Positions 1 to 12,620 of a DNA stretch of 44,853 bases are shown piece after piece. The stretch spans positions 1 to 44,853 of the forward strand of contig JACOTW010000010.1 in the NCBI GenBank assembly GCA_016178135.1, written 5' to 3'. The DNA comes from Candidatus Saccharimonadota bacterium (GTDB taxonomy: Bacteria > Patescibacteriota > Saccharimonadia > Saccharimonadales > JACOTW01). The position numbers were made by a program, and so were the translations under genes. The notes beneath the pieces were generated by a model. That model had not been told where the DNA came from, ran no database searches, and worked only from the letters and a program-made list of their open reading frames with translations. Within the stretch, counting starts at the first letter, position 1. Each line of letters opens with the position of its first letter.

Positions 1-25
1 CATAAAGTAACCATAAGGAATAAAA

Positions 26-427
26 ATGACAAAAACTAAGAAAAAAACTAAAGTATCAGTGTTGTCTCGCCTTCGCAAACCACAAATGATGATAGCGATG
101 GTGTTTGTACTAGGCTTTGGTGGCTTCGGGGTATACAAACTAGCTTTTAGTAGTGCGGCTACCTACCAAACAAGCTGTAGAACACGCTATTTAAAGCTTG
201 GCGATCAAGGCAACTGCGTAAAATATTTACAAGATGTATTAAATAAATCCGGTAGTCAGCCAATTTTAAAAGTTGATGGCAAATTTAGTATCGATACACG
301 ATCTTCGGTCGTAAACTACAAAAACACTAATGGATGGGGCTACGCAGACGGGTACGGTGTAGCAGGACCAGATTTTGCAAATCGCATGTGTTCAGGTGCT
401 ATACCGATAAATTACTGCATAAAATAA
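26..427 (+). CDS. Membrane-anchored/secreted protein with peptidoglycan-binding domain (PG_binding_1-like)
   Basis: Basic N-terminus plus TM helix, then LKLGDQGNCVKYLQDVLN...LKVDGKFSIDTRSSV, matching the PGBD pattern. Confidence 0.7.
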   Translation: MTKTKKKTKVSVLSRLRKPQMMIAMVFVLGFGGFGVYKLAFSSAATYQTSCRTRYLKLGDQGNCVKYLQDVLNKSGSQPILKVDGKFSIDTRSSVVNYKNTNGWGYADGYGVAGPDFANRMCSGAIPINYCIK

Positions 428-433
428 TCTTTA

Positions 434-591
434 CTCGACTCACCCGAAACTCCTCCATCCCCAGACCGAATTCTATCGGCTGCAAACAGTTTTTCTTCTC
501 TCTATGTACCTTCAGGTACCTCTCCTTCAGACAAAACTGTTTTCGCTCGAGCTGATTCGTCCTGGGAACGAGGGATTTTGCGTAAGTCCAG
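434..591. mobile_element. Family A MITE, subtype A1, 158 bp, intergenic
   Basis: Ends CTCGACTCACCCGAAA / TTTGCGTAAGTCCAG; homologous to copies at 12020, 23586, 26976; flanks TTTA/TAGA do not match. Confidence 0.9.
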
Positions 592-616
592 TAGAGTCCC
601 TAAAATGTAAAGGTGA

Positions 617-812
617 TATAGCCCCCGCAAAACAAATTCCCGACTTTTCGAATCACCCTCTTTGGCCCAAAACCGCCTTTCCTCGTTCAACGTATCTAAG
701 GATATGTCTCTCTCGGAAAAGTCAGTTTTTGGCTCAAAGATCATTGCTTCAAAAACTTTGGCTCAAAGATCATTGCTTCAAAAACCCACGAATTTGTTTT
801 GCGGGGGCTATA
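617..812. mobile_element. Family B MITE with internal 29-bp tandem duplication
   Basis: TATAGCCCCCGCAAAACAAATTC ... GAATTTGTTTTGCGGGGGCTATA; duplication 728-756/757-785; near-identical to 6641-6807 in opposite orientation. Confidence 0.92.
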
Positions 813-872
813 GCTTCGGTATCTATGGCGAAACATTTTAGGTTGTTTTAAAGAGGTTTTACATAAGACCAG

Positions 873-1817
873 TCAATACTGATATGGCGTGAGCCAGTGA
901 GCGAATTGTTTTTTATCGCCCCTCAAAACAGCTGCGTAATATTTCATGAGTTTTGCCGTAATCGGACCAATGTAACCATCCCCAATCAGGCGTTTATCTA
1001 CCGACAAAACTGGCGTTATTTTGGCACTAGACCCGCACATAAAAACCTCATCCGCCAAATACAGTTCGCTTCTATCAACACTCCGTTGCTCATGCGCAAG
1101 CTTTAAACTATCTGCGATAGCTAGCACACTATTACGAGTAATACCTTCTAATATATCAGTGGAGCCATCGGGAGTTATCAACTTTCCATCGCGGACGATA
1201 AACAAATTAGCAACCGTACCTTCAGCAACATGACCATGCTCGTCCATAGCAATAGCCTCGTCATAGCCGTTTAGTAAGGCTTCGTTTTTCATCAAACCGG
1301 CATTGGCATAGTTGCCGTTCACTTTGGCACGAGGAGGTATAGCGTTATCTGGAGTTCTAGTCCAACTACTCACGCAAACATCAATTGCATCTTTACCATG
1401 TAAACTACCCATCGGATAGATATAGGCACTGAAGGAATTGGTTAGACCACGCATCTTGGTACCAGGGGCCAGTTCATCTATAAACACCGTTGCCCTAACC
1501 GAAACGTCCTGTTTGACGGCGTTGCGCTTGATTAGCTCTAACATAGTTGATTCAAACTTTTGATAGGACCAGTTTTGCACAAATCCACCGAAGTCCATGA
1601 TCTTAGCCGAATCCACTAGTCGGTTATAGTGATCACGTAGTCTAAAAATATAAAGTTTTTGCCGTTTATCGTTCCATGTGGCACTAAAAACCGTATAAAC
1701 ACTCAACCCGTACAAAACTGGCGCGCTGGCAATGCTCAAATTCGCATCTTCAAAAGGCACAAACTTATCACGCAAATAAACTTCTGTTTGGTTCAAATTG
1801 AATCGTGTGTTTTTCAT
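873..1817 (-). CDS. ilvE: Branched-chain amino acid aminotransferase (PLP fold IV)
   Basis: LYG motif, AKVNGNY (PLP Lys), EGTVANLF, ILEGITR, DEVFMCGSSA; start taken at MKNTR. Confidence 0.88.
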   Translation of the reverse strand: MKNTRFNLNQTEVYLRDKFVPFEDANLSIASAPVLYGLSVYTVFSATWNDKRQKLYIFRLRDHYNRLVDSAKIMDFGGFVQNWSYQKFESTMLELIKRNAVKQDVSVRATVFIDELAPGTKMRGLTNSFSAYIYPMGSLHGKDAIDVCVSSWTRTPDNAIPPRAKVNGNYANAGLMKNEALLNGYDEAIAMDEHGHVAEGTVANLFIVRDGKLITPDGSTDILEGITRNSVLAIADSLKLAHEQRSVDRSELYLADEVFMCGSSAKITPVLSVDKRLIGDGYIGPITAKLMKYYAAVLRGDKKQFAHWLTPYQY

Positions 1818-1818
1818 A

Positions 1819-2982
1819 TTAAAATTGTTGCAGATAATTAGTTGAAAATATGGTATTTTGCTGTTTAACAACCTGCCAGCGTTCTTCTGCCAAGCGCACT
1901 AATGTTTGTACTAATTCAATGTTACTGACTCCAGCCGCCCGCCAGTTATGCGCGTATAGTCCGCCAGGTAAGGGGTTAACCTCGTTAAAATAGACTATTT
2001 CGGTTTTGAAATCTATCAACATGTCAACTCTCGCAATTCCTTGGCAACCCAAGGCTCGGTACACGCTTAGCCCCGTATTTTCAGCTTTCTTGTAGAGTTC
2101 GTCGCTCAATTTTGCTGGCAATTCACTATAACCTTGCGCGCCTTTTGAGCCGCCTTTTTTGCCACCTTTGCCTCCTTGCAAATATTTGGTATCAAAGTCA
2201 AAGAAGTCTTCTGGCTTGGTCAAGGGGCGCTCCAACAAAGCCGGTTTGAGCGTTTCATTACCCATTATTGGCAAAGTTACCTCAATCAAATTAGATATTT
2301 CTTCTTCGATCAAAACTTTTTCATCATAATGCGAAGCGACTTCTATAGCGTTCCGTAATTCCTGATTGCCAGTAACTCGCGTAATTCCAATGCTCGAACC
2401 AAGATGCGCCGGCTTGACGAACATAGGATAGGTAAGTGCTTTTTCTAGCTTGCGTAAAACCTCACTGCTATTTCTAGCAAATATTTCTCGCTGTAAATAC
2501 TCGTACTTAGCAACCGGTATGTCCTTGCTGGCGACAATTTGTTTTGCCAAAACCTTGTCCATGGCCAGAACAGAGGCGTCCAGATCGCAACCTACAAACG
2601 GCACGTTTGCCATGCGTAGTAATCCCATAAGACTGCCGTCTTCACCGTATGTACCATGCATAGCTGGAAATACGACGTCAATCTTGCGCGCGGTCTTACG
2701 GCCAGCGATGCCACTGGATTTGACCAACGTCATTCCACCGTCAAATTGCACACTGACTGGACTGGATTTATGCAAAAAGTCTTGTATACCACCCGAACTA
2801 TACAAATCTATATCTTTGAGTTTTTCATCCCAATACCAGGCACCGTCTTTGGCGACGTAAACCGCCTCAACCTTGTACTGTTTTGTCAGCTCTAACGGCT
2901 TGATGATACTCGCCAACGCCGTTACGATAGAAACATCGTGCTCCGTAGACCGCCCGCCAAATATAACCGCAATCGTTTTCAT
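1819..2982 (-). CDS. ddl: D-alanine--D-alanine ligase
   Basis: FGGRSTEHDVS, HGTYGEDG, GSSIGI, NEVNPLPG. Confidence 0.95.
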   Translation of the reverse strand: MKTIAVIFGGRSTEHDVSIVTALASIIKPLELTKQYKVEAVYVAKDGAWYWDEKLKDIDLYSSGGIQDFLHKSSPVSVQFDGGMTLVKSSGIAGRKTARKIDVVFPAMHGTYGEDGSLMGLLRMANVPFVGCDLDASVLAMDKVLAKQIVASKDIPVAKYEYLQREIFARNSSEVLRKLEKALTYPMFVKPAHLGSSIGITRVTGNQELRNAIEVASHYDEKVLIEEEISNLIEVTLPIMGNETLKPALLERPLTKPEDFFDFDTKYLQGGKGGKKGGSKGAQGYSELPAKLSDELYKKAENTGLSVYRALGCQGIARVDMLIDFKTEIVYFNEVNPLPGGLYAHNWRAAGVSNIELVQTLVRLAEERWQVVKQQNTIFSTNYLQQF

Positions 2983-3024
2983 ACGATTAGTATATACAAT
3001 TAGGCACTACAGTTGCAAGTATAA

Positions 3025-4437
3025 CTACCGATAACTATCCGGCCAGTCGTTTTGCATAAGCACAATATCTCCCGCTGCAACAAAATGTTCAAGATTGGTA
3101 TAAAAATCCAGTGGCACGGGTTCTATGAGTAATTCTCCAGCAAAACCACCCTCATCCAATCCGTCCTGAATAAATGATGTGACAGAATTTTGCATCAGTA
3201 CTACTCGATCAGGTTGGGACTTGGCTATCAGCTGCCCTAATTTATTATGTATGACTCTGGTCAATGCTCCTTGCTCGACCAGACCAGGGGTAACATATAT
3301 TTTACGCCCCGTAGTTTTTAATTCACCCAACAACTTTAGCCCCGCTCTCACACCCTCAATATTCCCATTATAAGTATCATCAATAATCTGCGCACCAGCC
3401 AATTTGTAAGGTTGCATGCGATGTTCGAATGGTTTTGTAGCCGCTACGCCAGCTTTTATTTGCTGATCGCTAAGACCTAGCTGTTCAGCGAGTTCTACGG
3501 CCAGGCCTAAGCTACCGAGCAAATGTTCACCGATCAATTTTGTATGCAATTTAAGCGTCTTTTTGCCACTACTCATAATAAAATCCATACCATCTAAATC
3601 TTGACTCTGTAACTTTATTTTCCAATCCCCCAGACCAGCACCAAAGTACGTTCTGCCTTGGTGTATTCTACTGGTGAGTTCTGGCGAGTCGCCATTAATA
3701 AATACGTTTTTGGGACTACACACGGAGAATATGTGCCTGAAATCTTTAGCTATTGCATCCAGCGAACCATATTCCTCCATATGCGCCGCCGCTACTCCGG
3801 TAATAACAGCTATTTCTGGATGACTGAAATCGGTTAGAAGTTTTATGTCTCCAGGTTTTCCCTCTCCGTATTCAAAGATCAGCACATCCTCTGCGCCATT
3901 CAGGCTATTCACCCATCTGGCATGGCTAATCAGCACGTTTTTGTTACCTGGTGTCGCTACAACTTGTTTGCCCGATGATAAAACAGCCGTCAGAATCTCT
4001 TTGGTTGTAGTCTTGCCGTAGCTTCCCAAAATAGCAATACGTGTAGCCGGCAAAGACATTAGCTTGTTTTTAGCGCGAGCAATTTCTCTTTTTTCTTTTG
4101 GTGTAATTATCGCTAAATCCAGCAATGTGTTGCTGGTTGCTAAAACGCAAATCAAAAATAGTGGCAACAGAAAAAGTAATAAAACCCCAAATAATACATT
4201 AATTTTTAAACATACAACCACGGCAGTCACGAGTAAAAATATCCAGCCAGAATAAGTTATTGCAAGAAGTAATTGTACTCTCGCCGTGGTTTCTAATTTT
4301 TGGCGTTTTTGTACTTTTAATAAATTGGGTAGAGTGATCGTCCATTTTAGAAATTTACTAGAGTTATATTCAACCTGCTGAAGCATATACACCAGTATTT
4401 TTGGTGATTTTGGTAAAAAATAACTCCAAATTCCCAT
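3025..4437 (-). CDS. murF: Mur ligase (MurF-like) with N-terminal TM segments
   Basis: GSYGKTTTK P-loop, IIDDTYNGN, TPGLVEQG; adjacent to ddl. Confidence 0.8.
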   Translation of the reverse strand: MGIWSYFLPKSPKILVYMLQQVEYNSSKFLKWTITLPNLLKVQKRQKLETTARVQLLLAITYSGWIFLLVTAVVVCLKINVLFGVLLLFLLPLFLICVLATSNTLLDLAIITPKEKREIARAKNKLMSLPATRIAILGSYGKTTTKEILTAVLSSGKQVVATPGNKNVLISHARWVNSLNGAEDVLIFEYGEGKPGDIKLLTDFSHPEIAVITGVAAAHMEEYGSLDAIAKDFRHIFSVCSPKNVFINGDSPELTSRIHQGRTYFGAGLGDWKIKLQSQDLDGMDFIMSSGKKTLKLHTKLIGEHLLGSLGLAVELAEQLGLSDQQIKAGVAATKPFEHRMQPYKLAGAQIIDDTYNGNIEGVRAGLKLLGELKTTGRKIYVTPGLVEQGALTRVIHNKLGQLIAKSQPDRVVLMQNSVTSFIQDGLDEGGFAGELLIEPVPLDFYTNLEHFVAAGDIVLMQNDWPDSYR

Positions 4438-4442
4438 GTTAT

Positions 4443-5192
4443 TTACGCAAAATCCTTAATTAATTTTGCTACAACCCCAAGCGCGTCATGGTGTATAAAA
4501 TGTCCAGCTTCTGGAATAACTTCCATCTGTGAACCAGATATAAGTTTATGTAATTTATTGCCAATACTTTGCGATGGTGTCGCTCGATCTTTATCACCAT
4601 AAATGAGTAAGGTAGGCACCGTGATTTTTAACGCGTCTTTTTGTATATCTTGTCTAACTGTTTGTCTAAAGGTTTCCTGCATATGAGGCACCACCAACAT
4701 ATCCGAGCCTACAGCTCCATAAAGCCATTTTTGCAATTTTTGCTTATGACGCCTCGGCATCCAAAAAGTTGATATTTTTCCAATCTTGGCAATGGTTTTT
4801 ATAAGATTTCGTTGGACGGATTTAGTATTACGAACACCTGAAGATGCTAATAAAACAAGTTTTTCGCTTTTCAGTACATCCATAGAAAGTCCACGTATTG
4901 CCAATGCGCCACCATTGGAATGCCCGACAATCACATCAGGTTTGACTCCAAGTTTATCAAGAAAGTTTTTTACAAAATGAGCGTAATCATCTAGTGTCCA
5001 GGCAAATTTGGGACTTTGAGTTTGCCCAAAACCAGGTAGATCGAGTGTAATAACCTCAAATCCACCGGCTAGCTCACGACCTAGATCATTAAAAGTCGCC
5101 AAACTATCTCCCCAGCCATGAAGCAAAACAATTACCTTTCCACGCCCCGCTCTGGTGTAGTTTGTGATGAGTGAATCAACAATCAATTGCAT
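4443..5192 (-). CDS. Alpha/beta hydrolase
   Basis: LHGWG, DLPGFG, GHSNGG nucleophile elbow, AGHFIH. Confidence 0.9.
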   Translation of the reverse strand: MQLIVDSLITNYTRAGRGKVIVLLHGWGDSLATFNDLGRELAGGFEVITLDLPGFGQTQSPKFAWTLDDYAHFVKNFLDKLGVKPDVIVGHSNGGALAIRGLSMDVLKSEKLVLLASSGVRNTKSVQRNLIKTIAKIGKISTFWMPRRHKQKLQKWLYGAVGSDMLVVPHMQETFRQTVRQDIQKDALKITVPTLLIYGDKDRATPSQSIGNKLHKLISGSQMEVIPEAGHFIHHDALGVVAKLIKDFA

Positions 5193-5203
5193 ATTAATTG
5201 GCT

Positions 5204-6106
5204 CTATCTCTGAAGGTTTTGGAGGCGATTTTGCAGTTCTTCTATAGAAATAGCCTTAGCAGGGATGGCGTTGGTTACTAGTGCGCCGAAACCACTGTAT
5301 TGTTCTTTGCGATCGGTGCCAGTATAGGCAACTTGAACAAGTTGACGCGACAAAACGTCAATAGTAAATGTAAATTGCAATGGTGGGGAATTTTTATATT
5401 GATCGGGACGGATATTTTCCAGTCGTGAAATATTAACCAAATTTCCAAATTTTTTAAGTAATGCTACGTAAGCTTCGGTATTAACCTCTACGTCATATAC
5501 ATACACCGATCTACCGTCCCGCCAAACGCGCTTCAGTTTTCCATAATCAGGCTTGTAAACTTGATGTTCGGCCATAAAGCCAAGCAACTCTTGTCTGGCA
5601 ACTTTACTAAGATTGGCTTTTGGCACGATGCCCATCAAGGTGTCGTTGAACAATTGGCCAGCTACTGATTGTCCGTCAGGTGTAATTGGCGTTTTAGCCC
5701 AAACTTTTAAGATACTTGAAAAATCAAGTGGCTCGCCATTTTCGTTTTTTTGTTCGGTCTTGATATCCACATACCTTACATAATCGTCTCTGGGAGTACC
5801 TATACTTTCAGTAGTTACACTCGCCGCCGAATTACCCGACCTGCTTATAAAAGTCATTGACCTAGCTATGTTCTGCGACCCCGATTGTGCCTGAATGATC
5901 TGGTCAAATTGTTGATTATCATTCGGCTCTATAAGACGCTTAGTAAACGAACTTGTACGCAAGCTCGTATTCAGCATATCGGAAAAAACCCGACCCGGAC
6001 TTGTAAAAATAAATCGCCACCAAAGCCAAAAACTCACCAGAACAAGTATCAGCCCAATCCCTAAAATTTTATAAAATATGTTACGCGTTAATAACTTCAT
6101 GGTCAT
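5204..6106 (-). CDS. Hypothetical membrane-anchored protein
   Basis: 300-aa ORF with single N-terminal TM helix, co-oriented with neighbours. Confidence 0.75.
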   Translation of the reverse strand: MTMKLLTRNIFYKILGIGLILVLVSFWLWWRFIFTSPGRVFSDMLNTSLRTSSFTKRLIEPNDNQQFDQIIQAQSGSQNIARSMTFISRSGNSAASVTTESIGTPRDDYVRYVDIKTEQKNENGEPLDFSSILKVWAKTPITPDGQSVAGQLFNDTLMGIVPKANLSKVARQELLGFMAEHQVYKPDYGKLKRVWRDGRSVYVYDVEVNTEAYVALLKKFGNLVNISRLENIRPDQYKNSPPLQFTFTIDVLSRQLVQVAYTGTDRKEQYSGFGALVTNAIPAKAISIEELQNRLQNLQR

Positions 6107-6134
6107 TGACTATACATTGTACATTAAAAACAGC

Positions 6135-6254
6135 TTCAATAGGACGTTTCGCACTTTTTTACCATCCCATGCCAGTCCTGTAGGGCTGCAACAATTTTCG
6201 TTCCAAGCAGAATTACTCTGGAATTGGCGACAAAGTGCGAAACGTCCTATTGAA
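6135..6254. repeat. 120-bp unit with perfect 23-bp inverted repeats (family D-related)
   Basis: TTCAATAGGACGTTTCGCACTTT at 6135-6157 and its exact reverse complement at 6232-6254. Confidence 0.8.
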
Positions 6255-6313
6255 CTTGAACAAATCGCTGATATTATGAGTTCTGCGGCTAAGTGCGAAA
6301 TTCGTGATAAATT

Positions 6314-6388
6314 GGGGCCGTAGTACAATGGCTAGTACGCATCCATGGCATGGATGAGTTGGGAGTTCGATTCTCCCCGGCTCCACCA
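6314..6388 (+). tRNA. tRNA-Ala(GGC)
   Basis: Cloverleaf GGGGCCG..CGGCTCC-A-CCA; anticodon stem CATCC/GGATG, loop ATGGCAT; TTCGATT T-loop. Confidence 0.93.
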
Positions 6389-6420
6389 AAATTACACATT
6401 AATATTACTTTTTTTATTTT

Positions 6421-6645
6421 ATGAACGAACGCTTCGATAAATACGAATTTATGAGACCAGCCTCGTCGAGGAAGGCCACGGCAACAGCCCTAGTATTAGC
6501 CGGCCTAACCATGCCGGGAGTGTTTTTTGGATGGCTAAACGCCAGAAATGATGACGAAAGACTAAATCAGGCACGATTAGAACTAGCTACTACTCAACAG
6601 ACCTTATATGATCCTGCACTGTTCAATGAACAAGTGGAATTATAG
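6421..6645 (+). CDS. Small membrane protein whose stop codon lies in the end of a family B element (possibly truncated)
   Basis: ATG, TM segment; TAG at 6643-6645 is within the TATAG end of the element. Confidence 0.5.
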   Translation: MNERFDKYEFMRPASSRKATATALVLAGLTMPGVFFGWLNARNDDERLNQARLELATTQQTLYDPALFNEQVEL

Positions 6646-6807
6646 TCCCCGCAAAACAAATTCGTGGGTTTTTGAAGCAATGATCTTTGAGTCAAAAACT
6701 GACTTTTCCGAGAGAGACATATCCTTAGATACGTTGAACGAGGAAAGGCGGTTTTGAGCCAAAGAGGGTGATTCGAAAAGTCGGGAATTTGTTTTGCGGG
6801 GGCTATA
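6641..6807. mobile_element. Family B MITE, full length (159-bp core with TATA flanks)
   Basis: TATAGTCCCCGCAAAACAAATTC ... GAATTTGTTTTGCGGGGGCTATA. Confidence 0.92.
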
Positions 6808-6879
6808 GCTGGCAAGATTCATGATGCTAAGCACAATGACGAATTATGGCAAGGCCCAGTCGTTGAGATGATCTGTATA

Positions 6880-7209
6880 CTGGATTTACGTAAAATCGCC
6901 CGTTCCCAGGCTAAATCAGCTCGAGCAGATAGTGGTTTGCCTGAAGAAGAGGTAGCTTTAGGGCTAATTAACATCTATCCGTTGATAGCGAATCTTTAGC
7001 AGCTGTCATGATTTTTATTCTGTTTTCTTGGCTTTTGGTCGTACCTATCGGTACGAACCGAAAACAAAAAACAGATTAAAAGTGACAGACCTGAAGATTT
7101 TAGCCGACAGATAGATGTTAATTAGCTCTTGGCTACATCGAGAGAAGACAGACCGCTACCAGCCGAGATTAGTTGGTCTGGGGATGGGGGAGCTTTGCGA
7201 CAGGTCCAG
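6880..7209. mobile_element. Family A MITE, subtype A2 (159-bp variant), interrupted by a family C element
   Basis: CTGGATTTACGTAAA ... TTTGCGACAGGTCCAG; TATA duplication 6876-6879/7210-7213; 330 bp minus 171 bp insert = 159 bp. Confidence 0.9.
6961..7128. mobile_element. Family C palindromic MITE (168 bp) nested in family A
   Basis: Ends GGGCTAATTAACATCTATC / GATAGATGTTAATTAGCTC (1 mismatch); flanks TTA/TTG; centre CGTACC-TATC-GGTACG. Confidence 0.85.
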
Positions 7210-7273
7210 TATAGGCAGTCTCGTGGGCCTACTCAAAGGTACGGGCGTCTTTGAACATATTCAGAACTCAAAC

Positions 7274-10242
<2,969 letters not shown>

Positions 10243-10254
10243 ACCGCGCCAATC

Positions 10255-11130
10255 TTATGCTTTTGTTCCCATGACACGCAAAGCTTGTATTCGATCATCG
10301 ATTGGCGGATGGGTACTAAAAAGCGTAGCTAGTTTGTGTCCTTTTAGGGGGTTAGCAAAAAATAAATGAGCCGTTGAAGCATTTTGGCGCTTCATGGTAC
10401 TGCCAGTGTGTTTGATTTTCTCAAGCGCACTAGCCAAGCCTTCTGGATAGCGTGTCGTAAGTGCTCCAGTGGCATCTGCTAAGTATTCACGACGACGCGA
10501 TATGGACAGCTGTATAAGTGTAGCTATAATTGGCGCCAAAATAGCCCCGACAATGCCCAAAATAATAAAAACAGTGCCACTGCCACTATCGTCATCATCT
10601 CGAAACCATGCCATCCTTAACATAATGTCGGCGATAATACTCACAACCGCTACCAGAGCAAAGGCAATCATTGAAACTCTAATATCATAATTTTTAACAT
10701 GTCCAAGTTCATGTGCCATAACTCCTTCGAGCTCACTATCTTCCATAGCTTCAAGCAGTCCTGTCGTAGCACACACAATTGCACGTTTAGGGTCGCGGCC
10801 AGTGGCAAAGGCATTCAGGGCAGGATCATCAATAACGAATACGCGGGGCATCGGTAACCCGTCAGTAATAGATAGATTTTCAACGACACGCCAAAGACGT
10901 GGATTATCTGTTTTTTGAATTTCATGAGCACCGTTTATGGCCAACGCCAGTTTCGAACCACCATAGTAGCTAATAAGCGCGTATACGGCCGCGCCAATTA
11001 ACACATACGGCGTAATGAAAGGAGTGCCAGCATATTGCCCAAACAGCCAACCAAGCCCTACCACCAGCCCAACAAACAGCACCATCATAATGACTGTTTT
11101 ACGTTTATTAGCAGCAATTTGCGAATACAT
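10255..11130 (-). CDS. htpX: M48 zinc metalloprotease HtpX
   Basis: NAFATG, AHELGH, SRRREYLAD, FSTHPP; follows lemA. Confidence 0.93.
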   Translation of the reverse strand: MYSQIAANKRKTVIMMVLFVGLVVGLGWLFGQYAGTPFITPYVLIGAAVYALISYYGGSKLALAINGAHEIQKTDNPRLWRVVENLSITDGLPMPRVFVIDDPALNAFATGRDPKRAIVCATTGLLEAMEDSELEGVMAHELGHVKNYDIRVSMIAFALVAVVSIIADIMLRMAWFRDDDDSGSGTVFIILGIVGAILAPIIATLIQLSISRRREYLADATGALTTRYPEGLASALEKIKHTGSTMKRQNASTAHLFFANPLKGHKLATLFSTHPPIDDRIQALRVMGTKA

Positions 11131-11154
11131 AAATATAATGTGTTATGACGTATT

Positions 11155-11715
11155 TTAGAATTTAACTTCTGTTGGTTTTGCTGCAACAGCAACTTCTGCT
11201 TCATCAAGTTCGAAAAATTCGCGAACCTTAAAACCAAGCATGTCAGCAAATATATTGTTTGGAAAGACTTTGATTTTGATGTTCAGATCTCGTGCCGATC
11301 CATTATAAAATCTGCGAGCAGCCTGAACTTTATCCTCTGTATCAACTAGCTCATCTTGCAAGGCTCTGAAATTTTCGTTAGCTTTTAAGTCTGGATAAGC
11401 CTCGGCAACAGCGAACAAGCTTTTTAATGCGCCGCTCAACATATTTTCAGCCTGGGCGGTTTGTTGAACTCCCTTGGCATCTACTATGGCAGAGCGAGCT
11501 TTGGTAACTTCTTCAAAAACGCCTTTTTCGTGGGTCGCATAACCTTGTACGGTGTTAACAAGATTAGGTATCAAGTCAGCTCGACGCTTTAACTGGACAG
11601 TGATATCGCTCCAAGCTTCTTCAACCCGAACATTCAAACGAACCAAGCCGTTGTATATTGCCACACCGGCAATCAGAACAACTGCGATTATACCAATTAT
11701 TACAAATATCATCAT
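11155..11715 (-). CDS. lemA: LemA family protein
   Basis: YNGLV..EEAWSDITVQLKRRADLIPNLV, AEAYPDLKAN. Confidence 0.95.
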   Translation of the reverse strand: MMIFVIIGIIAVVLIAGVAIYNGLVRLNVRVEEAWSDITVQLKRRADLIPNLVNTVQGYATHEKGVFEEVTKARSAIVDAKGVQQTAQAENMLSGALKSLFAVAEAYPDLKANENFRALQDELVDTEDKVQAARRFYNGSARDLNIKIKVFPNNIFADMLGFKVREFFELDEAEVAVAAKPTEVKF

Positions 11716-11780
11716 TCATAACCCCTTTTTAATCAATAATAACAGTATACCACCTAAACCAAATAATCCGGAGCTAAGTT

Positions 11781-11866
11781 TGGTGCGCGGGGCGGGAATC
11801 GAACCCGCACGCCTTTTGGGCACGTGATTTTAAGTCACGACTGTCTACCAATTCCAGCACCCGCGC
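11781..11866 (-). tRNA. tRNA-Leu(TAA)
   Basis: Minus-strand cloverleaf with long variable arm, anticodon TAA, CCA end. Confidence 0.93.
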
Positions 11867-11870
11867 ATTA

Positions 11871-11944
11871 TGGAGGCGCGTACGAGTAACGCTCTCGTCT
11901 AGCAGCTTTTGCAGAGCTGTGCCTAACTTCTCGGCCAACGCGCC
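11871..11944 (-). tRNA. tRNA-Cys(GCA), atypical T-loop
   Basis: GGCGCGT..ACGCGCC-T-CCA; anticodon loop CTGCAAA; T-arm ACGAG-AGCGTTA-CTCGT. Confidence 0.88.
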
Positions 11945-12019
11945 ACAACTATTCTATTATACCGATAGATTTATAAGATGAAAGATGAAAAAATATTACC
12001 TTATCAACCCCTACATATA

Positions 12020-12178
12020 CTGGACTTACGCAAAATCCCTCGTTCCCAGGGCGAATCAGCTCGAGCGAAAACAGTTTTGTCTGAAGGAGAGGTATCTGAA
12101 GGTACATCGATAGAGGAAAAACTGTTTGTAGCCGAGGTTAGTCGGTTTGGGGATGAGGGAGCTTTGCGATAGGTCCAG
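12020..12178. mobile_element. Family A MITE, subtype A1 (159-bp variant)
   Basis: CTGGACTTACGCAAA ... TTTGCGATAGGTCCAG; TATA duplication 12016-12019/12179-12182. Confidence 0.92.
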
Positions 12179-12585
12179 TATACTATTTAGCCAAAATTAG
12201 ATTGCTCACCCAAACAGCTTGCCAACTGTCTCACATATCTCAGTCTAGGTTTTGGGGTACTGGACACTTTTTGCTAAAAAGGTCTGTGCCAAAGAAATCT
12301 TTAGCTCGCACCTCCTCTTCGGCGAAAAAACAGTGCGCGCTTGCGCGTCAGAAATTCTGAATTCCCTTGCAATTCCGCCAAAAAATCGTTGAGTCTAACT
12401 CTGGTGCACCTGATGGCAGGTATCTTGAACTATTAGAAAGTATAAGTGATTGGTTACTGAGTTATCCAGATATAGACTGGAATTTACAGCTTAGCAACGC
12501 TTCACTATCTAGGTTTGTGCCACAGTACCAACTCTGATACGAGCATGTTATTACTCTCGCTAGAAGTCGTTTGAACCATTACTAC

Positions 12586-12614
12586 TTGCATAAATACCAA
12601 TAATATGCTACTAT
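12586..12614 (+). promoter_or_regulatory. Sigma70-type promoter for a leaderless XRE gene
   Basis: TTGCAT-17bp-TACTAT with extended TG; ATG follows 6 nt after the -10. Confidence 0.55.
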
Positions 12615-12620
12615 ACTGCT

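Noticed and set aside
434-812. ORFs 334-555, 502-744 and 504-851
   Set aside because: Made almost wholly of family A and B sequence, whose frames are intrinsically open; no independent evidence of genes.
6594-6834. ORFs 6594-6815 and 6640-6834
   Set aside because: Open frames of the family B element.
11978-12172. 64-aa ORF MKDEKILPYQP-LHILDLRK...
   Set aside because: Mostly family A; the short unique N-terminus could be a disrupted gene but cannot be supported.
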